Source: an uncultured virus (IMG/VR IMGVR_UViG_3300006116_000009)
Lineage: Duplodnaviria; Heunggongvirae; Uroviricota; Caudoviricetes
Length of the DNA: 64,000 nt
IMG/VR virus record: IMGVR_UViG_3300006116_000009
Direction: 5' to 3' (one strand)
In this document: one piece after another, positions 19,866 to 30,400 of the stretch
Numbering within the stretch: the stretch's first letter is position 1
Layout: every line of letters starts with the position of its first letter
The notes under the pieces: generated by a model
Database searches by the model: none
Seen by the model: the letters and a program-made list of their open reading frames with translations, nothing else
Told to the model about the DNA's origin: nothing
Made by a program: the position numbers and the translations under genes

Positions 19866-20468
19866 ATGGCACGGGGAGCAAAGTACAGCCAAGCGTTCCG
19901 AAATGGCGGTCAATACTACTTTTCTGGTCGTTTCATTGTGAAATCCAGCGAAGTGGCGGAACATTCTTATGCTGAAACGGCAAACCAACACGGGTACGTC
20001 GTTGTAAGCAGAACACTTGCCGAAACCCAATCGCAAGAATTGGCAAAGTCTTATAGCAGCGTTAGAAGTTCGTCAATTGCTGAATTGGAACTGACAAATG
20101 CTCCTAAATCACGTGGTGTAAACGCAACAGGTTCCACCCCCCTTGCGGAACAATCTTCCGGCTCGAAGCAAACAAACTTTATTGTGTCCGTTTCCAATGC
20201 TTTGGTAGAAAAGTCTGTATCACTGCGAAATGTTGCCGTCAAGCGCACCAGCGCAACTGCCTTGCACGAAGCCACTAATGCAGTCAAGTATTACTTCAAG
20301 TATTCAGCACCCATCCAATTTATTTTTGGAACAAAGTACCCAACCGCATTTGAGGAAAAAACCACGCAGGGAACCTTTGAAACACCATCAGCAACGTCAT
20401 ACTCGACGGGTGTATCAACTGAGACTTTCCACGAGGACGGGGTATCATCTTATGAAGACGGACAATAG
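19866..20468 (+). CDS. Hypothetical Ser/Thr-rich protein
   Basis: ORF within the structural operon. Confidence 0.55.
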   Translation: MARGAKYSQAFRNGGQYYFSGRFIVKSSEVAEHSYAETANQHGYVVVSRTLAETQSQELAKSYSSVRSSSIAELELTNAPKSRGVNATGSTPLAEQSSGSKQTNFIVSVSNALVEKSVSLRNVAVKRTSATALHEATNAVKYYFKYSAPIQFIFGTKYPTAFEEKTTQGTFETPSATSYSTGVSTETFHEDGVSSYEDGQ

Positions 20469-20498
20469 AACCGCACCCAAAGTCGCCAAAGGAAAAAA

Positions 20499-20852
20499 AT
20501 GACTATCCATTACCCCACCCCGTCCGTAAGTCTGCCATCAGCAGCCTTCCAATGGCTTGATGCAAACGGAAATCTGTTGGATTTCAGTAGTGGGTGGACT
20601 TTCAAAATGACTATTGGACAGCCTCCTAACGCCGCAGTTATTACCAAGACCAACCAGACGTACTTTGTCACCAATTCCGTTACACCACCCCCAGTGGGCG
20701 TACCAAACCTGACCGTCAATTGGGCTATTGGTGAATTGGCTGCCCTTTCGCCTGGGCGCTGGCGTTTCCAAATCACCGCCACCGATAACACGTCGGGCGG
20801 TTCCCGTGTTATGACCGGCACCATGGTGATTGACGAAAGCACGTTGGTCTAA
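20499..20852 (+). CDS. Putative structural protein (Ig-like/BppU-N-like)
   Basis: W.D..G..LDFS..TFKM...L.PG.W.FQI..T. Confidence 0.55.
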   Translation: MTIHYPTPSVSLPSAAFQWLDANGNLLDFSSGWTFKMTIGQPPNAAVITKTNQTYFVTNSVTPPPVGVPNLTVNWAIGELAALSPGRWRFQITATDNTSGGSRVMTGTMVIDESTLV

Positions 20853-21364
20853 TGACTTGGACGTATTCGGGTAATCCCCAAAGTTCCGGCAAGGACGCAC
20901 TACGGTTCATGATTGGTGACACCGTAGAAGCAAACCCCCTTGTTCAAGACGAGGAGATTTACTTTTCACTAGGCGAAGTAAATCAAAACCTGTATCGTGC
21001 CGCTTCCAATGTTTGCTACAACTTGGCAGCCCAATTCACGGGTCTTGCCCAGTCCACCTCCAAGTCCGTCGGTGGACTTAGCCTGTCACAGTCCTATGGT
21101 GACCGTGCGCAACGCTACGAACGGTTGGCTAAGGACTTGTTGCTTCGTGGTCGTCGTGTCAATCCGCCACTTGTTTCAGCAGACCCCAATGCTTTGGGTG
21201 CGGAACTAAAGATTGGCGAGTTCGACCCTTACTACGCTGTTCCAAATACGTGGCCCAGCGGTTCTATTCTTGGCACTACCACCACTTATGGCACGGGCTA
21301 TTCGCCAGACTATGCAGGCAACTACTCCGCCGAGACTGGTGAAATCATCGAGGACTTGCCCTAA
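20852..21364 (+). CDS. Head-to-tail adaptor
   Basis: MTWTY.G.P....D.LRF.IGDT....L.DEEI...AA...LAA.F.....VG.LS. Confidence 0.75.
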   Translation: MTWTYSGNPQSSGKDALRFMIGDTVEANPLVQDEEIYFSLGEVNQNLYRAASNVCYNLAAQFTGLAQSTSKSVGGLSLSQSYGDRAQRYERLAKDLLLRGRRVNPPLVSADPNALGAELKIGEFDPYYAVPNTWPSGSILGTTTTYGTGYSPDYAGNYSAETGEIIEDLP

Positions 21365-21834
21365 TGACGATTTACTACGGGTATGAAGGACAGAACAATC
21401 CAAATGGCATAGCAACCTTTGGTATTGACCCTGAACTAAAAGCCTTGATGACGCAAACCATTTTGGTGGAAAACGTTATTGCCAATCCAAATTACGCTGA
21501 ACACCCCACCACCGCAACCCTTGATGGGTATGGTCGCCACTTTGTTGGGGGTGATGGTACAAGCGACAGTACGGTGCAATACGGCCCACCCCAGAAGCAT
21601 TTGTGCCGATTGGAATACCAGACAAAGGTTCTAGCAACCATTGACGGACGTGACCGTGTTAGTTCAGGTCGTGCATACTTAGACGGTTTCTATCAGGGCA
21701 TCAGCACCGAAAGCCGTGTGACTATTCCAAACCAGACGCAACCTTCCCAGAAGCACCCCGTCATTATGTACGTCGAGAATAACTACGACGAAAGTGGGTT
21801 AGTTGGCTACAACACGACCCTGCACTTTGAGTAG
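21364..21834 (+). CDS. Head closure/stopper protein
   Basis: Position after the adaptor; DGYG...CR.E......DG...VS. Confidence 0.6.
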   Translation: MTIYYGYEGQNNPNGIATFGIDPELKALMTQTILVENVIANPNYAEHPTTATLDGYGRHFVGGDGTSDSTVQYGPPQKHLCRLEYQTKVLATIDGRDRVSSGRAYLDGFYQGISTESRVTIPNQTQPSQKHPVIMYVENNYDESGLVGYNTTLHFE

Positions 21835-21842
21835 GTAGTGAA

Positions 21843-22253
21843 ATGCCAAAGTGGTTTTCATTGAAGTTGGACAAAAAGACGTTGCCTAAGCCGAAGAAGA
21901 TTATGGAATCAGTGAACACCACCGTCGCCAATTCAGTAAACGAAATTATGCAAGAAGTATTTGAGCAAAGTCAGGGTCTTGTTCCCGTAAAGACAGGTGC
22001 GCTAAAGGCATCAGGCGTTCTTACCCCAGCGACCAATAGCACGATTGACGCACCAATCCAAGCGACAATCAAGTATGGAAGCCCTACGGTAAATTACGCA
22101 TTGGAAGTACACGAGGACTTGTCAGCATTTCACAACCCACCCACCCAAGCCAAGTATTTGGAAACCCCAATGGCGCAAAATGAAGAACGACTGCGTGAAG
22201 CAACCAAAGAAGCATTGGTAAAGGGTGCCAAGGAAGGTATGAAGCGTAGATAA
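21843..22253 (+). CDS. HK97-gp10-like neck protein
   Basis: VPVKTGALKAS...YA..VHE...AKYLE.P. Confidence 0.75.
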   Translation: MPKWFSLKLDKKTLPKPKKIMESVNTTVANSVNEIMQEVFEQSQGLVPVKTGALKASGVLTPATNSTIDAPIQATIKYGSPTVNYALEVHEDLSAFHNPPTQAKYLETPMAQNEERLREATKEALVKGAKEGMKRR

Positions 22254-22255
22254 CC

Positions 22256-22708
22256 ATGACAATCATTGAAAGCATTGCATTGTTCCTTTCAGACAAATTG
22301 AACGAAACGGACTACCCCACCCAATACCTAAAGACGGGCATCAACCTGTTTCTTGGTCGCACCCCAGCCGAGGCTGGCAACGCAGTGGTCACCATCTACG
22401 AATACGAGGGTAAGCCACCGACGTTCACTATGGGGTCGGGCATTTCAGCATTGGAACACCCACGTATCCAAATCTCGGTGCGTGGCGAACCGGAAGATTA
22501 TCCTGGTGTCAAGGCGTGGTGTGTGCTAATCCGCAACACCCTGTGTGGCTACGTTGTTCCTGATGAAACGTACTTTCCGTATGTTATCCGCATCGAGCCA
22601 CAAGGTATTCCAAACCCCACGGGCTACGACAACGTGAACCGTCCAAAGTTCACCATGAACTTTACTTTCCACACGAACGCAGATAGTAGTAACCTACCTG
22701 TCCTATGA
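22256..22708 (+). CDS. Tail terminator/completion protein
   Basis: G.NLF.G..P......YE..G......P.IQI.VRG...D..NRP.F..NF. Confidence 0.7.
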   Translation: MTIIESIALFLSDKLNETDYPTQYLKTGINLFLGRTPAEAGNAVVTIYEYEGKPPTFTMGSGISALEHPRIQISVRGEPEDYPGVKAWCVLIRNTLCGYVVPDETYFPYVIRIEPQGIPNPTGYDNVNRPKFTMNFTFHTNADSSNLPVL

Positions 22709-22962
22709 CAGATGAACTTTCCCCAATCATCGTTAGCCTTCGTGCTGCACGGGCGGCAAACGAAGCGTCTATCCACGCCCTTATTGCTGTTGAGCAAATG
22801 CTGGGATATGGCGACACCACACCTGAGCCGGAAAATCCCGACAATGGCGAACAGCAGTTGGAACTTTCCCTCGAGGGGTGCGCCCACGAAAAAGGAATAA
22901 AGGTGTCCACCATGACAGGTGAGTACTTGCTTTGTGATTGCGGCGAACAAATCCCGATTTGA
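22705..22962 (+). CDS. Hypothetical protein
   Basis: ATGA overlap with upstream gene; CAH...CDC. Confidence 0.55.
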   Translation: MTDELSPIIVSLRAARAANEASIHALIAVEQMLGYGDTTPEPENPDNGEQQLELSLEGCAHEKGIKVSTMTGEYLLCDCGEQIPI

Positions 22963-23029
22963 CTTTGCCATCGGCGCATGATAAAATAAACGTGTTGTAG
23001 TTTAGATACTGATTATTTAGGAGATGTGA

Positions 23030-23308
23030 ATGGCAAGACGTAGTACGACAGAAACCATTACCCCTGCTTACACCCCACAGTGGGTGGCGGTGGAGGAATG
23101 GAACGGTTTGGTCGCTGGCGACACCATCAAGGTTTCGGGTGAGCGTGGCGACTTTCGATTCATCTCAGCACACGTCATTGACGGTGACGCAATCAGCATC
23201 ATCGCCCACGGCGGTGTCTACGGACACACAACAATGCGAGCCTTCTACCCCAATCGGGTGACCAAGGTTCGTGCCAAGCGTCGCAAGGCAGACGAAGAAG
23301 CCGCCTAA
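23030..23308 (+). CDS. Hypothetical protein with its own promoter and terminator
   Basis: TTGACT-N17-TAAAAT (22959-22987); AGGAG SD; downstream 16-bp inverted repeat. Confidence 0.7.
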   Translation: MARRSTTETITPAYTPQWVAVEEWNGLVAGDTIKVSGERGDFRFISAHVIDGDAISIIAHGGVYGHTTMRAFYPNRVTKVRAKRRKADEEAA

Positions 23309-23320
23309 GCGACCACAGTT

Positions 23321-23363
23321 TCCCCCACTAGTACCGTTCACCCCTGTCGGTACTAGTGGGGGA
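23321..23363. terminator. Perfect 16-bp inverted repeat, probable terminator
   Basis: TCCCCCACTAGTACCG-N11-CGGTACTAGTGGGGGA. Confidence 0.65.
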
Positions 23364-23418
23364 TTTCCCCTTTCTGGTGGTACGATTTCCGTTAGGAACG
23401 TATCTAAAAGGGCGCAAA

Positions 23419-23754
23419 ATGGCTAAGGCATCTACACAGTGGTATCAGGTCACCGATAAGTCAGACCTTTCGTACAACGGTAAGACCGTAGGCAAAGGTT
23501 CAGTGGTTAGCGACATTCCTGGTGAGTCCATTAGTTGGTTGTTGTCGAACGGAAACATCACACCCGTAATCACACCATCAGATGGTAGCCCCACTGTCGC
23601 CCCCACCGCTATTGCCGCCTTGCAAACAAGGCTTTCCGAAGCCCGTGCTGCGAAGTTGGCGCAATCACCTACAGACCCAGCCCCTGCAACGCCCCCTACG
23701 AATGACGCACCAGCCGATACGCCCACTGACACCACGACCACCGAGGGTAAGTAA
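23419..23754 (+). CDS. Hypothetical protein preceding the tail tube genes
   Basis: G.VV.DIP..SI.WLL..G.I; Pro/Thr-rich tail; TAATG overlap with the next gene. Confidence 0.65.
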   Translation: MAKASTQWYQVTDKSDLSYNGKTVGKGSVVSDIPGESISWLLSNGNITPVITPSDGSPTVAPTAIAALQTRLSEARAAKLAQSPTDPAPATPPTNDAPADTPTDTTTTEGK

Positions 23755-25910
23755 TGCCTATTTTCAATCACGGTAAAAATACACGGGTACTTTATTCCAA
23801 TCCAAGTTGGCAAGGTACAAACATTCTTGCAACGTGGAATTCAACATCGCAGACAATCACCATTGTTTCCGCCAACGCCCCGATTTACGAAGGTATGATA
23901 ATCGTTTCGGAGGCGTTTGAGTCATACATTACGTCAGTGTCGTATTCACTTGCCGGTGCCACCGTCACCATTGCCGACAACATTAGCAACACAGTGACCA
24001 CGCCCCAAAGTGTTTTTATCGCTGGCTATGGATACAGCAGTTACTATATGTCAAATTACAATGGCTACACCGCCGACCTGTCAAAGTACTTCAACAACGT
24101 TGACGTAAGCCGTGCAGTCGAGGCTACTGAAACCACCACTTTCCGCACAGGTGGAACTAAGTCGTACATTACGGGTCTTGCAGAAGGAACGATTGCCCTT
24201 TCGGGTATGTACGAAGGTACGGTACAGGGTACGGACGCTTTCTTTAGCGCCGTCCTTGCCAACCAAAACACCAGCCCCGCTGCGTACCAGTACCAATTGC
24301 CTGCCGTTGTAGTTTTCCCCGGTGGGGAGCAGACTGCCTATTCAGGTGAAATCCCATCTAACTTGGGTAAGGACTACCGTTGCCACCTCGCTAGCGGTGT
24401 CAATACCAAGTACGACCTGAAATCCCCCGTCGCTGGCGTAGTTACTGCCGACATGGAGGTTCAGGCAAGCGGTGGCGTTTGGAACGGCATTGGTCAGTAT
24501 TTCAGTCTTTCTACCTCTGGGTACGTTTCCTACACGGCATCTACTACCGGATACGACAATAAAACACCTAGCGATAAGGGTGGCTTGTTGGTAATGGGTA
24601 TAACGGCAAACAGCAGTGCGCCCGTGACTACGTACACCTCCACGTTCCAAGGAACTTCTCACCCGTCGCTTCCACTGGTTATTCAGGATGACAAAACATC
24701 ATTTATAGCAAGTGATGCACCGTCACTTCCGCTAACAATTGTCCCCGACGAATCTACGTTCCAAGCAAGTTCGTTGCCATCGCTTCCGCTAACCATTACC
24801 ACCAACGTAAATGATGTTTTTCAGTACGCCCGTGGTGGCGGGGGGAACACCTTTCTTATTTCCGCCGGTACGTACTCAACGGTAAATGATGTTATTGACG
24901 GTATTGCAAATGCCGTAAATACTGATACTGGTCAAAATTTTGGTACATACCTGACTGACACTTTTAGTGCGCACACTATCGGCAACGACCTTACGGGTAT
25001 TTACATCACGGTAAGCGGCGATGCAACGGGTGACTACATTGACGGCGATGGCGTTATCGCTTGTGGATTTACCAACCCCACTTACCCACAGTTCAGTAGT
25101 GGCAATAGTGTTTTTGGGTTTTTTCACAGCGGTACGCTAACTTCTTTTGTTATTGCACCCGGTGTTTATGGAACCATAAGTGATGTTGCTTCGGCTTTTA
25201 CAAATGCGGAAAACACCGACCAAAGTGGTCAAATTTTTGCCGGATACTTGAATTCAACTTTTGGTTCATACGAAATCTTTAGCCCCAATGGTGGTGTTAT
25301 TTCCTTCGATGTACCCGGTAATTTTTCTAGCGATTATGTAGATGGCGGTGGCATTGTCTCCTGTGGATTTGACAACCCCACCTACGGCAGTTTTACTGCG
25401 GCTAACAACATTTTCCAATACACCCACAGCGGTTCGGCACATAATTTCACCATCGCCTCCGGTACGTATTCCACAACTTCTAGTGTTCTTGCCGCTATTG
25501 CCGGTGCAAGTAGCGGTAGTCAAAATTTTGGTACATATCTAAACACCACTTTTGATTCCAACACCATTGGGAACAACAGTGGGGGAATTTTTGTTTCAGT
25601 ATCCGGCGACTTTCCTAGCGACACAATAAGTGGCAATGGTGCAGTGGCGTGTGGATTTACTGACCCCACTTACCCATCAGTTTCTTCTTCCACCCCACAA
25701 TACCCTTTTTACGTTCTACAATTTGCAGATTCAGCAGACGGAACAACGTGGATTTACCGAAACGAATACATTTATTCAGATGGTCAATCCGCCAATACCA
25801 CTGGCGTATTTGAAATAACGGGGCCAATTCAGCGATACACGCAAATGCAAGTTATTACGCAGGGAACCAATACCAACTTTCAGGGCTACTACGGTTTCGC
25901 ACGGTACTAG
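23754..25910 (+). CDS. Tail tube protein paralogue with repeated C-terminal domains
   Basis: Shares MPIF.HGKN, VEA.ETT.F...G.KSYI.GL and TKYDLKS.V.GV.T.D.E with the 26014 ORF; three ~95-aa repeats. Confidence 0.7.
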   Translation: MPIFNHGKNTRVLYSNPSWQGTNILATWNSTSQTITIVSANAPIYEGMIIVSEAFESYITSVSYSLAGATVTIADNISNTVTTPQSVFIAGYGYSSYYMSNYNGYTADLSKYFNNVDVSRAVEATETTTFRTGGTKSYITGLAEGTIALSGMYEGTVQGTDAFFSAVLANQNTSPAAYQYQLPAVVVFPGGEQTAYSGEIPSNLGKDYRCHLASGVNTKYDLKSPVAGVVTADMEVQASGGVWNGIGQYFSLSTSGYVSYTASTTGYDNKTPSDKGGLLVMGITANSSAPVTTYTSTFQGTSHPSLPLVIQDDKTSFIASDAPSLPLTIVPDESTFQASSLPSLPLTITTNVNDVFQYARGGGGNTFLISAGTYSTVNDVIDGIANAVNTDTGQNFGTYLTDTFSAHTIGNDLTGIYITVSGDATGDYIDGDGVIACGFTNPTYPQFSSGNSVFGFFHSGTLTSFVIAPGVYGTISDVASAFTNAENTDQSGQIFAGYLNSTFGSYEIFSPNGGVISFDVPGNFSSDYVDGGGIVSCGFDNPTYGSFTAANNIFQYTHSGSAHNFTIASGTYSTTSSVLAAIAGASSGSQNFGTYLNTTFDSNTIGNNSGGIFVSVSGDFPSDTISGNGAVACGFTDPTYPSVSSSTPQYPFYVLQFADSADGTTWIYRNEYIYSDGQSANTTGVFEITGPIQRYTQMQVITQGTNTNFQGYYGFARY

Positions 25911-26013
25911 ATTTCACTAGCCCCCTACGGATAGCGATTTTCCAATTCTGGGGTACTATTTACCTAGATGCATGGGCGATAAACCTATGCTAATTCGCTA
26001 CTAAGGAGTCACA

Positions 26014-26790
26014 ATGCCAATTTTCCAGCACGGTAAGAATGCGTTTCTTGCACTTGGGTTTGAAAACACTGCTACGCAAAACACCAACACTTTCACTGCA
26101 CTTAATTCTACCTCGGCTACGTTTTCTGTTGATGCTGGTTCTTTGCTTGCTTTTGACAGTGCTTTGGCGGTTGTGAATGGAACTGCGTACTACGGTGCGT
26201 TTGTTCTTCCTAGTGGAAACCAAAACATGGTTCCTATGCCATCCCTTTCGTACCCCGTTGTTTTCCAAAGCGCTTCTACTACGGGATATTTTGCTGCTGG
26301 AACAGCCAACTACGAGTGGAACAACACCATTGACTCGTCTATTTCGTCTACGTCGGGTACGGGCTACGTCTTGCCAATGCTGAATTTGTCACCGTACATC
26401 AACGACATTTCCCTGCCGACTGCGGTTGAGGCTGCTGAAACTACGTCTTTCAACGCCACTGGTGTCAAGTCGTACATTGTTGGTCTGAAGGACTACAGCC
26501 TTACGTTTAGCGGTCACTACGACGGTTCCAGCACCATTTTTTCGGAAACGAATGGTGGACTTGACTTCATCTTCCAACAAATGTTTCAGTACCAAAACGT
26601 ACCCGGTTCGTTTATTTCGTTCGTGTACGGCCCTGCTGACCCTGGTGGTTTTGTTGGTGGAAACCCCTCGCCTAAGTATTTCGGTCAGGGTGTCCTTACC
26701 AAGTACGATTTGAAGTCGTCAGTCAATGGCGTAATTACGTTTGATGCTGAACTGATGGTCACGGGTTCAGTCTCCCGTGCTTTGATTTAG
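26014..26790 (+). CDS. Major tail (tube) protein
   Basis: ETT.F....KSYI.GLKD....SG.YD...FVYGP...KY.G...LT.Y..S....V.TF.AEL.VTG.V.R; AAGGAG SD; upstream of the chaperone and tape measure genes. Confidence 0.82.
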   Translation: MPIFQHGKNAFLALGFENTATQNTNTFTALNSTSATFSVDAGSLLAFDSALAVVNGTAYYGAFVLPSGNQNMVPMPSLSYPVVFQSASTTGYFAAGTANYEWNNTIDSSISSTSGTGYVLPMLNLSPYINDISLPTAVEAAETTSFNATGVKSYIVGLKDYSLTFSGHYDGSSTIFSETNGGLDFIFQQMFQYQNVPGSFISFVYGPADPGGFVGGNPSPKYFGQGVLTKYDLKSSVNGVITFDAELMVTGSVSRALI

Positions 26791-26828
26791 TACGCTACAC
26801 TACTAGGTAAACCCTAGTAGGAGATTTT

Positions 26829-27230
26829 ATGTCCACGCTTTCAGCACAGATTTTTGCCACGGATGACATTGAAAGTGAAACGCTTTTTGTTCCCCAGTGG
26901 AACGTCACTGTTATGGTGAAATCCATGACCGCAAAGGCACGTTCACAGATGATTGCCAACGCCGTCGAAAACGGTGGTCAGTTCAACGTTCAGGAACTGT
27001 TGCCCGACATGGTGATTATGTGTACCTACGACCCCACCACGGGCGAGCGTGTGTTCTTTGAGTCTGACCGTGAGGCTTTGATGGCAAAGTCATCAGCACC
27101 TATCGAACTTATTGCTAACACCGCCATGCGCCTTAGTGGAATGGTGGACAATGCAGACGGTACTTCGGCGGTGGACGAAGCGGGAAAAGACTTCTCGCCA
27201 ACCCTTACCGACGATTCCTCTACGAACTAG
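26829..27230 (+). CDS. Tail assembly chaperone (G)
   Basis: Between tail tube and tape measure; VP.W...V.VKSM...DP.TGERVF. Confidence 0.85.
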   Translation: MSTLSAQIFATDDIESETLFVPQWNVTVMVKSMTAKARSQMIANAVENGGQFNVQELLPDMVIMCTYDPTTGERVFFESDREALMAKSSAPIELIANTAMRLSGMVDNADGTSAVDEAGKDFSPTLTDDSSTN

Positions 27231-27382
27231 CGGAAAAACTTGGTAGGACTGTTGGCGAGTTGCTAGACGGTTCACCAGCGCACAAACCCATTTCATCTGC
27301 CGAAGTCATTGAATGGCAAGCGGTATGGAAACTTCGTGCCTTTGAGCAGGAACAAGCAATGAAGCAAGCAAGAAACGGCTAA
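26829..27382 (+). CDS. Tail assembly chaperone, -1 frameshifted form (GT)
   Basis: Slippery G-GGA-AAA at 27182-27188; the -1 frame reads RLLANPYRRFLYELAEKLGRTVGELL...ISSAEVIEWQAVW to TAA at 27380-27382. Confidence 0.85.
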
Positions 27383-27441
27383 ACCCCTAGTACGATTTCA
27401 CTAGGTGTTTAGCCGTTTTATTTTTTGGAAGGGGGTGGCGT

Positions 27442-30400
27442 ATGAGTATGATGAGTTCCGGTTCCGAGATTAGGGCAATCCTAAACCTTGACCCAGCACC
27501 AGCACACAAAGCCCTTGACCAGATGGTGGACTATACCGTAGCCGCTACGGGAAAGATGGGACTTCTTTTCCGTGACCTTGGTGGAGTTCTTACCAAGTCT
27601 TTTGTAATTGGCGGAATTGCAGACATTCTCAGTAAGGGAATGGAACTTGCTTCGGCGCAAGAAAGTATGCAGGCGGTACAAGCCAACCTAATCAAAAACC
27701 AGAATTTGGCTAATTCTGCTTTTGTTGGCAAACTTACTACTGTCGCCGGTTCGGTTAGTGCGCTAAAGCCATTGGGCGAACAGTATTCAGCACTACTTGA
27801 CCAACAGGCAACGACCCTTTCGTTGCAAACGGGTTATCAAAAGAACAGCATTGTCCAAGCGCAAAACTTGTTGCTTCCAAACCAAGACCTTGCCAACTTG
27901 TTCAAGAAGCACACGGAGGCTTTTCAGAAAACGCTAAGCGTCGCTTCCGACATTGCGGCAACAATGGGTACTAACGGAAGTGGTATTGCTGGGTCGGCAA
28001 AAATGCTATCTCGTATCTTGGTTGACCCCGTAAAGCACTTGAGTTCAATGTCCCGTATGGGTATCCAACTGTCTAGGGACGAAAAATTGCGCCTTGGTCG
28101 AACGTTTGCCATGAATGGTCTTATGGCGGCGCAGTTGCAGTTGCTTACGTTGATTGACAAGCACACTAAGGGTACTGCTGAAGCCGCTATGTCCCCTGTG
28201 GAACGTATGCAGAACGACCTCAAACTGCTGATGCAGACATTGGGTACGGGTCTGCTTCCAATTCTTGACCAAATGGCTTCCATTTTGACGGTAACTCTTC
28301 AGCCGTTGCTGAACGTCATTACTGCCGCTGCGCAAGCATTTACGCCAATTTCTACCGCCATTGGTAAAGACATTGGTAACTTGTTGGTCGCTTTCCAACC
28401 GCTAATCAACCTTATGGTCAATGGCGTTATCCCAGCCATTATGAAAGTCTTTCAGCCAATCTTTGGTTTTATTACGACCATTGCCACCGACCTGAATTCG
28501 CTTTTCAGCAACAAAGCAATGAAGTCACTTATCAACGACTTCAGTATCCTTGCCGACACCATTGTCAAGGCTTTGATGCCAGGTCTAAATGCGTTGATGG
28601 ATGTATTCAAAAAGATGGAAAAGGACGGAACGCTAAACGCCCTGATGCAAGCCTTCTTGGTGGCGTTGCAAGCCATTATGCCGGTATTGCCAGCAATGGC
28701 AACAGCGTTTGCCAACATTCTTGTTGCCATAGCCCCACTTGTTGAAGTTGGGGCGCAGTTTTTCACTAAGTTTTTGTTGGGATTTGCCAAAATTGAGGGT
28801 ACTTTGGCAACGGTGGTTGATGCCGTTGTAAAATTCTCAACCCACTTCAATGGAATAATCAAAGCGGCTGGATTTGTATTGCTGGCTTTCTTTGGTGCCA
28901 AATTTGCCATCAACACCATTCTTATGCCTTTTAAGGCTATTGGTCAAGGTGCTGAATTGGCTATGAAGGCATTGACTCGCCTTACAGTTGTACAGAAAAA
29001 GGCTTTTGGAAACATCAGTGGTGCAAATCCCCTGAAATACCTAGGTCAGTATCGCCGTGGTGTTGGTAAGGGGCAAGAAGAACTTGCCTATCGCAAAATC
29101 AACGAAATGGTAGCCCTTGGCGAACTACCAGCACGGGTGGCAGAACGCTACCGCACAGCGGTTGAAAAGCAAGGTCCATCTGAAAAGGCTGCGTTCAAGC
29201 AAGAACGGCGTGGTGAATTGTATGCCGCTATGCGCCAAAAAAGCCCCGACCTACTAAAGAATTATTTGTTGGGCAAATTGACCCCCGAAGACATCAAGCG
29301 TATGAATACCAACGCTTTGGTGGAAATTGGGGAGCATTCACTTGACGAATTGGAAAAAATCCGTGAAGCAATTACCAAAGACGCTTCCGAAAACCGTCGT
29401 CGTCGGGCTGAAGGTACAACTGCTAAAAATGTTGCTACAGCAATAAAAGAAACGCCCGGTATTTCTGCCGCCAAAAATGCAGAATCGCAAGCCCTTATTG
29501 CCAAATCCGTCGCTAAACAAACTATTGCTAGTGAAACAATTGCCAAATCTATGCGTGGCAATCGTATCAGTGGTGCATTTGGCGGTATGGGTCGCATGGG
29601 TGGCGGTCTTATGGGCGCTGGAATGGGCGCTGGAATGGCTGCGATGGGATTTATGGGTGGAAACCCATTTGCCAATCTTTCGTCGTTTGGCACCCTTGGC
29701 AACATAGGCACAAAGAAATCAGTTGATTTCCAAACTATGGCTAATTCCGCTATGCAACTATCTATGGTTCTTAGTGGAATTGCCCCAATGTTTACTGGTA
29801 TCAAGGACATGGTTAGTGGTTTGGGCAACGTCTTTAGTTCGGTATTCGCCCGAGCAGCCGGTGATGCCGTTGCTTCTACTTCCGAAATGGCTGGGGCGGT
29901 AACTGCTGAAACAACTACCGCTACTGCCGAAACCACTGCGAAATACGCAACTATGACAATGGAAGCCAATGCCGCTTATGGTGAAATAACCGCCGTCGCT
30001 ACGGCATCGAACGCCACTATTGCTGCGGAACAGGCTGGTTTGATGGTAGAAGGTGCTGGCTTCTTTGCCGAAATGATTGCTGGCTGGACTGCTACTGCTG
30101 TCGCCGTCTGGGCTGCGATGGCACCGCTTCTTCCTTTTGCCCTTGCGATTGCTGCGGTGGTCGCCGTCACCTACTTACTTATTACCCACTGGAACACCGT
30201 AAAGAAGTTTGTTGTGGATGTTTGGCACTCCATTGTTGATGCTGCTAAGTGGGCTGGTAGTGAAATCATGAAGGGTCTTGACGCAATTGGCGGTTGGTTT
30301 ACCAGCCTGTGGAACACTATTACCAAACTTGGCAAATCCATTTGGGACGGTATGTATAACGGGTTTGTTGGTACAGTGAACTTGATTATCAAAGCGTGGA

